Shown piece by piece: positions 26,360 to 39,900 of a stretch of 64,000 bases of DNA. This DNA is from the human T2T-CHM13v2.0 reference genome, Homo sapiens. Position numbers and translations under genes: made by a program. Below the pieces are notes generated by a model. That model did no database searches. It saw nothing but the letters and a program-made list of their open reading frames with translations, and was not told the origin of the DNA. Location of the stretch: assembly GCF_009914755.1 (NCBI RefSeq), contig NC_060938.1; one strand, 5' to 3'. The stretch's first letter is position 1. Each line of letters opens with the position of its first letter.

Positions 26360-28095
26360 TAGATTTTATTTTATAGAGGTAAGAAAACATAAAATGAGAT
26401 CTACTCTCTTAAATTTTTAAAGTACAACACATTATTGTTAACTATAGGTATATTGTTGGACATCATCTATCTAGAGCTTATTCAACTTGCTTAACTGGAA
26501 CTTTATGTGCACTCATTAGTCAGTCCCCATTTTCCCATAATCCCAGCCCATGACAACCATCATTCCATTCTTTGATTTTATGAATTTGACTATTTTAGAT
26601 ACATTATATAAGTAGAATCTTACAGTATTTGTCTTACTGTGACTGGATTATTTTATTTAACATATTGTCCCCTATGTTCATTCATGTGGTCACATATTGC
26701 AGAATTTTTTTTCTTTTTTGTGGATAAATAGTATTCTATTATATGTATATGTCACATTTTCTTTGTCTGTTCATCTATCCAAAGATATTTAGATTGTTTC
26801 CACATCTTGTTTATTGTGAATAGTCCTGCAATGAACATGGGAATACTGGTATGTTTTTGAGATGCTAATTTCAATTGCTTTGTATATATACCCAGAAGTG
26901 GAATTACTAGGTAATATGTTAGTTTTATTTGTAATTTTCTAAGAAATCTTCAAACTGTTTTCCATAGCAACTGTACATTTTTGCATTCCCACCAAAAGTG
27001 TGCAAGAGTTCTGATTTCTCCACATCCTTACCAACACTTCTTATCTCTTATCTTTTTTATAACAGCCAACCTGACAAATGTGAGGTAATATCTCATTGTG
27101 GTTTTGTTTTGCATTTCCCTAAGGATTAGTGACATTGAACATTTTTTACATTACCTCTTGGCCATTTATATGGCTTTTTTGGTGAAATACCAATTTATTT
27201 AGGTGCTTTAGGAATCAAGTCCTCAGTTCCACTTCAAATTGTGGTACTAGATTTTTTGCTATTATGTTGTAGTTGTTTCTTATATTTTTTGGAAATCAAT
27301 GCCTTATCAGGTATATGGTTTAAGAACATTTTCTCCCATTCCATAGATTGTCACTCTGTTCATTCTATGGATGGTTTTATTTGCTTTACAGAAGCTTTTT
27401 AGTTTTATATAACCCCACTTCTCTATTTTTGTTTTTGTTGCCTGTGCTTTTGTGTTATTTTCAAGATATCATTGCCATGATCAATGTTCTAAAGCCCTTC
27501 CCCTGTGTTTTCTCCTTGGAGTTTTACCGTTTCAGATATTACATTTAAGTCTTTCATTCATTTTGAGTTGATTTTTATGTATTGTGTATGATACAGATCC
27601 TATTTCATTTGTGTGTGTGTGTGTGTGTGTGTGTTTGTGTGTGTGTAGATATCCAGTTTTCTCAACACTGCTTGTTGAAGAGACTATATTTTCCCTTCTG
27701 TGTATTTTTGGCTTCTTGTCAAAGATCAGTTGACAGTACATGCTTGGGTTTATTTTGGGATTCTCTATTATTTTCCATGGGTCTATGTGTCTATCTTTAT
27801 GCCAGTACCATACTCATTTGATTACTGTAGACTTGTAATATGTTTTGACATCAGGAAGTGTGAGGCTTCCAGCTTCGCTCTCCTTTTCAATATTTTCTTA
27901 CTCTGGTGTTTTTCTTGAGTATTTTCTATTTCTGTAGAAAATTCCATTGAGATTTCGATGGGGATAGCATTGAATCTGTAGAATGCTTTGGCTATTATGG
28001 ACATTTTATCAATATCAGTTTTTTCAATCCATGAACATAAGGTATCTTTGCATTTATTCATGTTTTAATTTCTTTCAGCAGTGTTCTGTAATTTT
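26360..28095 (-). mobile_element. L1MA9/L1MB-type 3' portion containing (TG)n at 27610-27646
   Basis: ggtaagaaaacataaaatgagatctactctcttaaattttt 3' motif; ORF2-like peptides (CSWIEKTDIDKMSIIAKAFYRFNAIPIEI). Confidence 0.88.
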
Positions 28096-28099
28096 TTTA

Positions 28100-29335
28100 T
28101 GTATTGTAAACTCCTTTATTTTTGTTTTACATGGAGCCTGAGCCTTGACTTTCTTTTCAGATGTATTTAATTGTTACTATACTGGAGTACCATTGATATG
28201 CTGATAAAGATGTGCTGCAGAAAGAAAAGTTATTTAATTCTGTGATTAAGTCACGATCTTTTAGAGTGCATGGGTCCTTGGGCAATGACCTTCACAAGTG
28301 CATCTTAACTTTCCTCTGTGCCTTCTACAGATAGACAGAAAGTCTGTAGGGTGCTGGAGATAGGTAATTTCTCTTTCCACACACAGATATGGCTCTGGTA
28401 ATGTACTTTTTCCTGCTAGGTAGGCCTTTTTTGTATGGAGAATGTTCTGGGTGTGTTTCAAAATAGCAAATTTTTCCTTTCTCCTGTCAGAAATATGATG
28501 CTTTTACTTGACTGTTCACCTTATGAACCTGTTGGAGTTCCTAGGATTAAGTTTCATAAAAACATAGAGGCCACGCTAACACTTAGAAATTTCTCAGTCT
28601 TTGACTAGCCTACCTGCCACATTTAGCAACTGGTCAAAGTTACCTCTTATAGTTGTTTTCTCAGGCTGCCAATTACATTAAACTTGGTGGCCTGAAACAA
28701 TAGGAATTAATTTGCTCACAGTGCAGGATGCCGTAAGTCTGAAATCAAGGTGTCAACAGCTTAGTTCCTTCTGGGAGCTCTGAGGGAGAATCCATTCCAT
28801 ACCTCTCTCATAGCTTCTCATGGCTGCCAGCAATCCTTGGCTTTCCTTGGCTTATAGCTGCATCCTTTCAATCTCTACATCTGTCTTCACGTGGCCTTTT
28901 TCTCTATGTCTTTCCCGTGTCACTGAGTCTCTATGAGAACACCAGACATTGGATTTAGTGTCCACCCTAATCCCAATATAAACTCAGCTTTTCTTGAGTA
29001 CATCTACAAAATATCTACTTCCAAATAAGGTCACTTTCATAAGTACCAGGGATCAGGACTTAAACATAACTTTTTCGGGGATACAGTTCAACCCACCAGG
29101 TGTTTAAGTGTTCTTACCAGCTTATGGCCCCAGCAGCTTTTGCTCATAGAAAGATGATTTGCACTGTGCTTCTCTCAATTTACCCATCTTCAGATTTCTG
29201 GGAAGCAGTTTGCTCATGACCTCAGTTATCTTATGGGTCCAAGGAAAGTTATTGATTTTCAGTTTTTCCAGCTTTTTTCTCATTGTAATATGGAAGTAGC
29301 ATATTCTGACCATTTTATATGTCAGAGCTAAAATT
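28100..29335 (-). mobile_element. L1MC/MD-type 5' region fragment, split by MLT1C
   Basis: Shares motifs with 57580-58650 (tgggtccaaggaaagttattgattttcag...cattttatatgtcagagc); probably the same element as 24880-26340. Confidence 0.6.
28647..29098 (-). mobile_element. MLT1C-like LTR
   Basis: aacttggtggcctgaaacaa...ctctgagggagaatccattccat...ccagcaatccttggc...ttccaaataaggtcac...gatacagttcaacccac. Confidence 0.85.
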
Positions 29336-29869
29336 AAAAATTTGTATCAATTTATTGGCTAACCCATATTAAGGCTCAGTAATAATTGTTGAATGAGTAG
29401 AAGAATAAATAAATATATGTATGAATTATCTATTCCTTTTGACCTATTGATCTCTCTATATATACAAAATCTAAATATTAATACTTCAACCATTAGCTCT
29501 TAGAAGCTCTTCTTCACCTACTTAGGTTTTTAGTTCATTAGATTATAATAGATAAAATATTCAAATTACTTTCTGAAAAATGTTGAAATGTTCTTTTTAT
29601 CCACTTTTTCTGTGAAAAGCGATAATTGTTTACTGACACAAATAAATTTGTTTTGTTTGTAACTCTCTTTTGTTTGCTGGTGGTTGTTTTGCTTTGTTTG
29701 CTTAATTGTTTTATTTATATTTTGTTCATTTCTGTCAGGGGACAGAAACAGGGAGTCTGAAAAATATCAAAGTGGTCAGAGAATGGTGGAATTTAAGACT
29801 GAAGTTTCTTTCTCAACTCACAATTTTATTTACCTAAACATGTAAAGTTTTTAAAAAGATTTTCTCTTA

Positions 29870-29945
29870 TTCTGTTCTTTCTCTCTCTCTTCTTTTTTCT
29901 CTTTCTTTCTTTCCATTTTTCCTTTTTCCTTTTTTCTTTCCTTTC
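29870..29945. repeat. CT-rich polypyrimidine tract
   Basis: Directly visible. Confidence 0.75.
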
Positions 29946-29997
29946 AGCTTAGCATGCTCTCTGCAATGGAACAATCAAACAGTACTTAGCAGATGGA

Positions 29998-30320
29998 GGC
30001 CTGGCGTGGTGGCTCACACCTGTAATCCCAACACTTTGGGAGGCCAAGGTGGGCGTATAACTTGAGGTCAGGAGTTCAAGACGAGCCTGGCCAACATGGT
30101 GAAACCCCATCTCTACTAAACATACAAAAAAAAAAAATTAGAAGGGCTTGGTGGCAGTTGCCTTAGTCCCAACTATGGGGAGGCTGAGGCAGGAGAATCC
30201 CTTGAACCCAGCAGGCAGAGGTTTTAGTGAGCCAAGATCATGCTGCTGCACTCCAGCCTGGGCAACAGAGCAAGACTGTGTCTCAGAAAAAAAGTAAAAC
30301 AAATAAAATAAAATAAAAAA
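29998..30320 (+). mobile_element. Alu (AluSx/Sz-like)
   Basis: Full dimer with A-rich tail. Confidence 0.95.
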
Positions 30321-31076
30321 CTCCATGGGAAAAATATTTTGTCTAATATCTCCATTCCAATCTTCTAATATTTTGACACCCTACCTGGTGGACCTGTAAA
30401 CCTCTTTCTTTACTATGAGAACTGCATAGTCTCTTAGAAGTTATTTGTGGTGCTGTTGTTTATTGAATATGTGTGATATGATGTTTTATTTTATGTGAGA
30501 TAGCAACACTGAGTCATTGGTTCCTCCCATTTGTCTTCCCACAATTCAGCTATCTGAGTTCCACTTGCTAGGAATTTATCTCACTGAAGTTATTTGTTCA
30601 ACATGCAAAATAAACCCTTTGCTTCAAACAGAAAAGAAAATTTATGATGTCAAATAATTTAAAAATAAACCAGTTTATATTTTCATTGTCAAAGAAAATG
30701 ATTAAGTTATCAACTAGATATTGAATAAAACATATACAATGTTTTTGTTTCAAAATGCTCACTGCTCATAGTCTTGGACATTGGTATGTAATTTCTTTAG
30801 ATTGAACCATTTTAAAATGTATTATGTTAAATGATTCACTTATTTGATGCTCTGTCCTGTCCTGGAATCGTCTGTGTTGAAAACTTTTTGTGTAAATATT
30901 TGCTTTGCACTTTACGCTAACTATGTCTTGTGCTCTATCAAAAGTTTATGTGTATTTATTATCACAAGACTGCACAACAAACACACACATACAGTTATAT
31001 AAACATGTAAATTTGATGTCAGTGTTTTTTTTGTGTTCTCTAAAAGTTCTTTTTTAGGAGTTATGACAATTAAATA

Positions 31077-31459
31077 TAGCCATGCAGCACATAATAAAAC
31101 TTCAGTTGGCTACTCAGACCACATATGACAGTGGTCCCATATGGTTATAATGGAGCTGAAAATTTTCTTTTGCCTAGTGATGTCATAGGGTATAAAGGTT
31201 CAACACATTTTTCATCCTTTATACCCTATTTTTACTGTAGCTTTTCTGTGTTTAGATATGTTTAGATACACAAACACTTACCATTGTGTTGTAATTACCT
31301 ACAGTTTTCAGTACAGTAACATGCTGTACAGGTTTGTAGCTGAGGAGCGATATGCTATATTATGTAGCCTATGTGTGTAGTAGGCTATACCACCTAGGTG
31401 AGTGTAAGTATACTCTATGATGTTTGCACAATGGCATTGCCAAAAGACACATGGCTGTG
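31077..31459 (+). mobile_element. Tigger3/MER7-type DNA transposon deletion derivative
   Basis: cagtggtcccatatggttataatggagctgaaaatt...cagtacagtaacatgctgtacaggtttgtagc...gtaggctataccacctagg...acacatggctgt. Confidence 0.85.
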
Positions 31460-31949
31460 TGCATACATATGGGCATATATGAATATATTTTTTCCTCTAC
31501 ATTTATATTTGATCAATTTCTTGCTAAAAAAACTTAGAACTAATATCAAGAAAGAATATTTTAAGCTGAATACATTAATTGCTTCGGTACCTACTCCTTC
31601 TGAGTAAAATGCTACAATTATCTTTTACTCAGTGAATCTTTTGTTATTTTCATCTGTATTCTCACCTTATTTTTTTTCTTGAAAACATTCACCATTTCTC
31701 AATGGCACTTGCATTTATAGTACTTTAAATAATTTGGGTACATATTAAATTTTTATTTTCTACACAGGTAATATTTACTTCCTATTTGCCAAGTACATTC
31801 AAGACAATAGGAAGAGAGCACTTAAAAAATAAAGCCGCTACCCTCATGGAACATATATTCTCAAAGGGGCTATACCGAAAAGTTATAAATTAAATTAAGA
31901 AATCTAATGCAAAAAAAAATTTCAGATCAAAATGTGATTATAGGATTAT

Positions 31950-32805
31950 CAGTCCTATCAGTATGGCAAACTTTTCTCTCTCTCCTCTTCCCTACCAAGT
32001 AGAACTACAAAACCAGAAAGTAAATTAAGAGACAAAGGAGAACTGCACAAGGTAGAGGGGAGCATTACAGTGCTTTGGGGCCCCAGGATTGGAGGAAAAC
32101 ACAGTGGCAGCATGTCTTATGGACCCCAGCCAACATAAGAAGGCAACCTTAGGCCTGGAATTTCCCGACTCCAAGCCTGGCAATAGAAAGGCAGCCCAGG
32201 AGTCTCATTCTTCCCCTAGATGGAACTGAATTCCAGCCTACGACATCAGGCGTGCCTAACAGAACAGGAAAGAGGGGTCAATGGGAAGTCCTAGTGACAA
32301 TAACTGGCCATGAAAATGTCTCTTTTTCTCCACTTGGCCTGATATTTCCCTCTTATGCCTAATGAAACTGATACTGGGGGGCACTGGAAAGTAGGATCCC
32401 AGCACATCAAGCTCCATACCAGTAAGCATTCTGCATTCTATCCAGTGGACATAACTGGGAGTTAGGAAGTCCTTCCCTTACTTAGAAGCCAGTCAGCCTA
32501 GACTGAGGAATATCCTCCAGGCTCTCAGTCACCATCAGCTGTTGTCAATGAAAACCCCAGCAATATGAGATAAACAAAACAGATCAAAATAACACTGCAT
32601 AGTCTCTAAAAAATTATATTGTCATTGAAACCACAGCCCTCACAGACTAAGACTTGTTTGCCAAACCTAAACAAGGTGACTATGTGCCAAAACAAAATAT
32701 CTAAATAAGGTCCAGATTCTTCTAACATAATAGTCAAAATGTCTAGAATAAAATAAAAACCACCCATGATATCAAGAACCAGGAACTCATAATGTGATTT
32801 ATTTA
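31950..32805 (+). mobile_element. Old L1M (MC/MD-type) 5' region fragment
   Basis: Ends in aacataatagtcaaaatgtctagaataaaataaaaaccacccatgatatcaagaaccaggaa, typical of old L1 sequence just upstream of ORF1. Confidence 0.55.
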
Positions 32806-32815
32806 AAAGAATGTT

Positions 32816-33748
<933 letters not shown>

Positions 33749-34690
33749 GGGAAAACTCAGATTGCCATATGAAGAAGAATAAAACTGAACCCTGTTTCTC
33801 ATCATATACAAAAATTAACTCAGCATGATAAAAGACTTAAATCTAAGTCCTGAAACTATAAAAATACTAGAAGAAAACCTAGAGCAAAATCTTCTGGACA
33901 CTGGCCTAGGCAAAGAATTTATGACCAACACCTTAAAAGCACAAGCAGCAAAACCAAATATAGACAAATGGGACTTAATTAAACTAAAGAGTTCTGCACA
34001 GAAGAAGAAACATTCAACAGAGTGAACAGAAAACCTGGAACGGGAGAAAATATTTGCAAACTATGCTTCTGACAGGGGACTAATACCCAGAATTTATAAG
34101 AAACTCAAACAAGTCAACAACAACAACAACAACAACAAAAAAAAAACAAAAAAAAAACAAAGAACCCCATTAAAACATGGGCAAAGGGCATGAGCACGTT
34201 TCTCAGAAGGTGACACAGTAATGGGCAACAAATATATGACAAGATGCTCAGCATCACTAATCATCAGAGAAATGCAAATTAAAACCATAATGAGATATAA
34301 TCTTACATGAGCTAAAATGCTATTTTTAGTTTGGTGCAAAAGTAATTGTTTTTGCCATTACTTTTAATAATAAATTAATATTAAAAAGATAAAAAATAAC
34401 AGATATTGGTGTGGATGCAGGGGAAAGATAATACTTAAACATTGTTGGTGGGAATGTAAATTAATACAACTTCTATGAAAAACAGTATGGCAGTTTCTCA
34501 AAGAACTAAAAATAGAAATATCATTTGATCCAGCAATCTCACCACTGGGTGCCTACCCAAAGGTAAGAAATCATTATATCAAAAAGAGCACTTGCACTTA
34601 TATGTTTATCATAGCACTATTCACAATTACTGTGATGTGGAATCAACATAAGTGTTCATCAATAAAAGATTGGACACAGAAAATGTGAGA
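33749..34690 (+). mobile_element. L1MA/PB ORF2 3' fragment (sense part), with (CAA)n at about 34115-34137
   Basis: ORF 33825..34025 [18 protein letters not shown]...[11 protein letters not shown] is the L1 ORF2 C-terminal region. Confidence 0.9.
34326..34368. mobile_element. MADE1 (Hsmar1 MITE) half copy
   Basis: ttagtttggtgcaaaagtaattgtttttgccattacttttaat matches one MADE1 terminal inverted repeat plus spacer. Confidence 0.85.
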
Positions 34691-35297
34691 TATATATATA
34701 TATATATATGAGCACACACAAATGTATATGTATATACACAAATGGGTATATATTATATATGTACATACAAATATAAAAGAATGTTTTCATTTTTTAATGG
34801 CTAAATGGTATTCCATTGTGTGTGTATATTATCAGAGTCATTGTTTTCCCATTCCCAAGCCAGCACTAAGCACATTTATTTTGTATGTAATGAAAAGATA
34901 TAATGTGAAGCTAATAGCACCTAAGCTTCATGAACTTTCACTTGCAATGAGAAGCGTTAGCAATACATTGACATCATTGTTGTGTGTTTTTGTGTAATTT
35001 GGGAGAGTAAGATATTTTTATTGCGAAAGGTTAAATCACTGACTTTTTACATCTTACATTACTCTCATTTATAATTCCCTTTCTGTAGGTAACATTGTCA
35101 TGGCTCCTGGCACCTCTGGGATCTAGCTGAAGAAGTGTGAGTTTTGGCATTAATGAAATATATTTATGTGGTTCTAAGCTGCTTCATTTACAGTAATTAT
35201 AAACCATTCTGGTATAGGAGTGGCTTCCATGAATATTCCTATCTCTCTCTGTTCCAACACACCAGATGTCGTGACAAGAAACACCAAACCAGCAATC

Positions 35298-35900
35298 TTA
35301 TTTTTAAATTTTAATAAATAAGTGTATCTATTTATGGGGTACAATGTGATATGTTGATACATGTTTACATTATGGAATAATAAAATCAGGCTAAGATTTT
35401 CATCACTTCATATACTTATCATTTCTTTGTGGTGAGAACATTTAAAATCTATTCCTTCGGTAATTCTGAAATATATAATACATTATAATTAGCTGTAGCC
35501 AATACATTGTGCAATAGATCACCAGTACTTATTCTTTGTGTGTAACTGAAGCTTTGTACCCTTTGACCAACATCTCTCCTTTTCCTGTCCACCACCACAC
35601 CCAGCTTCTGGTAACCACTAGTCTACTCTCTGCTTCTACAAATTTGACTTGTTTTAGATTCTACATATAAGTGAGATCATGCTCCATTTGCCTTTCTGTG
35701 TCTAGATTATTTCACTTAGCCTAACGTCCTCTAGATTTCTTCATATTCTCCCAGGTACAAACTTTTCTTCTTTTTCAAGGATAAATAATATTCCATTGTG
35801 TATATTATACCACATTTAAAACATCCATACATTCATTGATAGACATTTTATTTGCTTCTATATCTTGACTATTGTGTATGATGCTGCAATGAATATGAAA
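35298..35900 (-). mobile_element. L1MA8-like 3' fragment
   Basis: tatttatggggtacaatgtgatatgttgatacatg...cttatcatttctttgtggtgagaacatttaaaatcta...ctttgtaccctttgaccaacatctc. Confidence 0.88.
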
Positions 35901-35974
35901 GGCAGGAATATTTTATTATAAATATATATGAAATAAATATATATATATATAAAATAAAATATATTAGAATAAAA

Positions 35975-36193
35975 CTGGCTAACACGGTGAAACCACATCT
36001 CTACTAAAAAAAAAATACAAAAAAATTAGCTGGGTGTTGTGGTGGGCGCCTGTAGTCCCAGCTACTCAGGAGACTGAGGCAGGAGAACAGCATGAACCTG
36101 GGAGGCAGAGCTTGCAGTGAGCCAAGATCGCACCACTGCACTCCAGCCTGGGCAAGACTCCATCTCAAAAAAAAAAAAAAAAAAAAAAAAAAA
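35975..36193 (+). mobile_element. AluY, 5'-truncated
   Basis: Diagnostic ctggctaacacggtgaaacc and gagcttgcagtgagc; long pure A tail. Confidence 0.92.
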
Positions 36194-36886
36194 GAATGGG
36201 CATGGTTATGGAGTATCGACACCTCAGTTGGCTGCCTTGCCTTAGCTTAGAATTAATAGCTCTACCTCTGTGCTGATGCTTCCAAATAGGTATCCCTGGT
36301 CTGAGCCTCTCATATATATATATGTACCTATGTCCAACCTTCCAGTATGTATGTCTCTTTGTTTCCAATGAACAATGCTATAATCCTGTACAAAAAAAAA
36401 AAAACACAACTAGGTGTCGATCAGTAGTCGTTGAGATTAAGAAAAATACCTGAGTAGGTTGTCAGATTGGAGCAGAGATTGACAATCAGGTGAGAATCTT
36501 TACTTTCAGGATACATGAAAAGCAGTGGTCAGAGCAAGAAAATTCATTTGAAGTAAGACTTGTGTTCAGGAATTACACATATGTAGTTATCAAATGATAA
36601 GGTAAGTAAGATAAAATGTGAAAAGATGAGGAGAGAAGCCAGGAACAAAATATTCTTAAGAATCAAGAAGACTGCCCTCTTTATCTTAAGGAATAATAAG
36701 AAAAACATGTCTTTAAATATAGAAAATATGACCAAAATAGCATATTATTAGTATTAAGAGAATCAGTGAGCCCAATCTGATCATTTTTGGGGATACATCT
36801 TTAGTTTGACTAGCATCAAAGTGCTCCTCCAAATGGCAGCACCATTGTGCAGTTCCACCAGCAGACAAAGATTTCTTGATACTTGG

Positions 36887-37222
36887 TGATACAGGTTAAC
36901 TACGTGTCACCACCAATATCATGTTAAAATGTGATCCCCACTATTGGATGTGGGGTCTAGTGAGAGGTGTTTGGGTAATAAAGGCAGATCCTTCATGACT
37001 GGCTTGGTGCCATTCTTTCAGAATTGAGTGACTGCGCTCGCTCTTAGTTCTCCAGAGACGCCTCTGTTAAAAAGAGCCTGGCACATTTTTCCTTTCCCTG
37101 TCTTGCTCCCTGTCTCAGCATGTAACATGCCAACTCTCCTTCACCTTCTGCCATGACTGGAAGCTTCCTGAAGCCCTCACCAAAAGCAGATGCTGGCACC
37201 ATGGTACTTGTATAACCACACG
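36887..37222 (+). mobile_element. MSTB-like MaLR LTR, 3'-truncated
   Basis: gtgtttgggtaataaaggcagatccttcatga...aaaaagagcctggcac...aagcttcctgaagccctcaccaaaagcagatgctggcaccatg. Confidence 0.85.
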
Positions 37223-37454
37223 AAAGGAAGAATTCCTATGCCAATTAAAGGGTATTTGTGTGTACGTGTGTTTGCATGTATGATGAACACATATAAATAG
37301 AATCTTTTTGGCATGTAGTTTACTATTAGCAAGCAATATACGCAGTATATTCATAAATTAGGTAAAAAATTCAACAAAACTGTGGCATAGTATTTACTAC
37401 ATATTAATCTAAAGCATTGTTATAGTTGGCTGTTTTAGTGATGACTTTCAATAG

Positions 37455-37600
37455 CTCTGTAATAGATCATTAAGATTCTTATGTAGACAAGAAAACTAAC
37501 AGTTAGAAAGCTTAAATAATTTGTCTGAAGTTACACATGTTGTTAGAGACAAAACCAGGGTATTACCAGTAAGGCTCATTTTATTATACCGCACTGCCTC
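37455..37600. mobile_element. MIR relic
   Basis: gacaagaaaactaac...ttaaataatttgtctgaagttacaca core. Confidence 0.55.
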
Positions 37601-39759
37601 CAGATACCATGATGTTTATGCAGTCCTCCCAGGGATAAGAAATTGGTGAGAGTCACATGTTCAAGTGTATACAATAGCATTTCTCTATACTGATTGGAGA
37701 TATCAGAGAAAAGTGATTATTCAGAACAGTCATTCCAAGTACCTTAAACTAACATGAGGCAAATGTATTTCAATCTTTAAAAAGAAGTATCTCTAATAAT
37801 CTATTTACTAAAAATTATATAATTTTATCAAACAAAGGCTTATCAGAATTCCAACATCTGATTTCTGATGTGAAAATATCAAACAAATGCAATTGATATA
37901 AAGAATAAAATATTTGGACATTACATAAGCATAACTGTATTCTAATCTGACTTCAGTCTAATCTGATTAGAACTCATTTTCTTTCTAAAATTTTAAATTT
38001 AAAGAAAATAGCTTTTCTAAAACAAATTCATCAGAAATTGTATATAATGTTTTGTAATTTAAAATATATAAATAATAATCATGCCATTAATTTGGCTTTC
38101 AATTTACAACATCTGTTTTAGCTATAGGTATGATTGTATTTAAGAAAGTAAGGATTGAACAAAATCCACCAGCATGTTATGTATTTCTGTGTACCACAGC
38201 TAAAAACCTGATTAATATTTCCTAAAGGGAAGCCAAAATAGCATATTCATGCTTTATGTTTATGCTCCATAAAACTACATGTAAAATAATTTGCATGTTC
38301 ATTTTTGGAAATTAGGTATTATCAAACTGGCCCACAAAAGCAAGAGGTAAGGCAAGAGAGAGTCCTAGAAAATAACTGGTTATTTTGAGAACATATTCCT
38401 AATACTTGTCTGTTTAAATATCCATTAAAGCCCTGGATATTGGAAGGAGATTGACAGAGTGGCTAAAGTAGAAGACCCTAAAAGAGTTTTGCCCAGAGTC
38501 AGCCAGAGATTTTGGTTCTCACTAAATGTACTCTGACACAGAGCAGAGGAAATTGTCTGAAACAAGTTTAAGGGATCTATGTTAAAGCTGCCTAAGCATA
38601 GATATGTATACTTGTTTGAGGCTTTGCAAGCTGGCTTAGAACACTATAAAGCCTTGCCAAATCACTGAGAGAGTTAGTCTTCTTTGAAGCAGAAATAGTG
38701 TGCTTGGGTTTAAGTAGGATGTCATAAGCAAAGTGTGAAAAAATATATTTTAGGAAACTACGGATATAGCTCAATTGACAAGCAGTTTTTCTGTCAAAAT
38801 TTTATTTGTACATTGATCTTTGTAACTCTGAATCAATATCTCAAAATAGATAATAGTGATTAGTGCATCAAAGTTTGGTGAAGGATGCCTAATTTAATCC
38901 TTAAAATACATGAAATACCGTATTGATTAATGCTTTTTATCTACTACATATTTTTATATGGTGAAATTGTATTCTAAGTTCCAAAAAGGACCCCAAGAAC
39001 ACACTTCACTGGCTGAGGATGCAAGGACCCACAGAGTGCTCCTGGCTGTAGTGATTGTCATCTAGGGTGTGGCTAGGGCCTTTGGAAAAACCAAATGTGA
39101 CAGATCCTCTAAGCACTTATTAAAGTTAGTTTTTTCTCTATAGTAATAGATGGGCTTTATAACACTTTATAAGATACTTTAACTAAAATATCTGGGATTG
39201 CTTTATGATAAGAGATTATATTTATGGTTCCCAAATAATAAAATTATTTTACTGATATTTATTATTTATTAGGTATTTATTATCCATTAGGTGTTTTTTG
39301 TTTTGTTATGTTTTGCAATGACATTAAACACTGCATTGGAAATTTCTTGTACTTATTAAAGCACTATATACAAGGAGATGTTTCTTAAGACTTTTACAAT
39401 TGGGAAGAAAAAACTAGCATCTGAACAAATGTTTTCTTTAATTCTCAAATTATTAAATGGGTTTGTTTTCTATACACTAATATGAAATAAAATGTATCTG
39501 TAATGTAAATCTCTGACTAGACAAATTTAAATATATAAAGATAAATATTTATTTTAATATGAGTATTTATTGAATATGTCAAGTAAGAATGATTTCCTTG
39601 AGTTGCCCATGCTGAGGAAGAAACAAAACTTTCTCTGTAATTTTTCTTTAGTTCTTTCCTACATGTTTCCTTTTTCTCAGCCTGTCTCTCTTCCTTCCTA
39701 CCCCAATGTTGTTTTCTTCTCTTGTTGCACAATCTATCATTCCACATACAATTATTAAT

Positions 39760-39900
39760 TTTTTCCAGACACTGTTTTAGGTGTTAGGGAAATAGGGACG
39801 AACCAAAAAGATCTTACTCCTACCTTTAAGAGGTTCTCATCTACTAGAGAAAACAGACATGAAATATTATTAGAAGTGAGATGATTATTACAAAAAATGT
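39760..39900. mobile_element. L2 3' relic
   Basis: ccagacactgttttaggtgttaggga...ctcctacctttaagaggttctcatcta. Confidence 0.5.
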
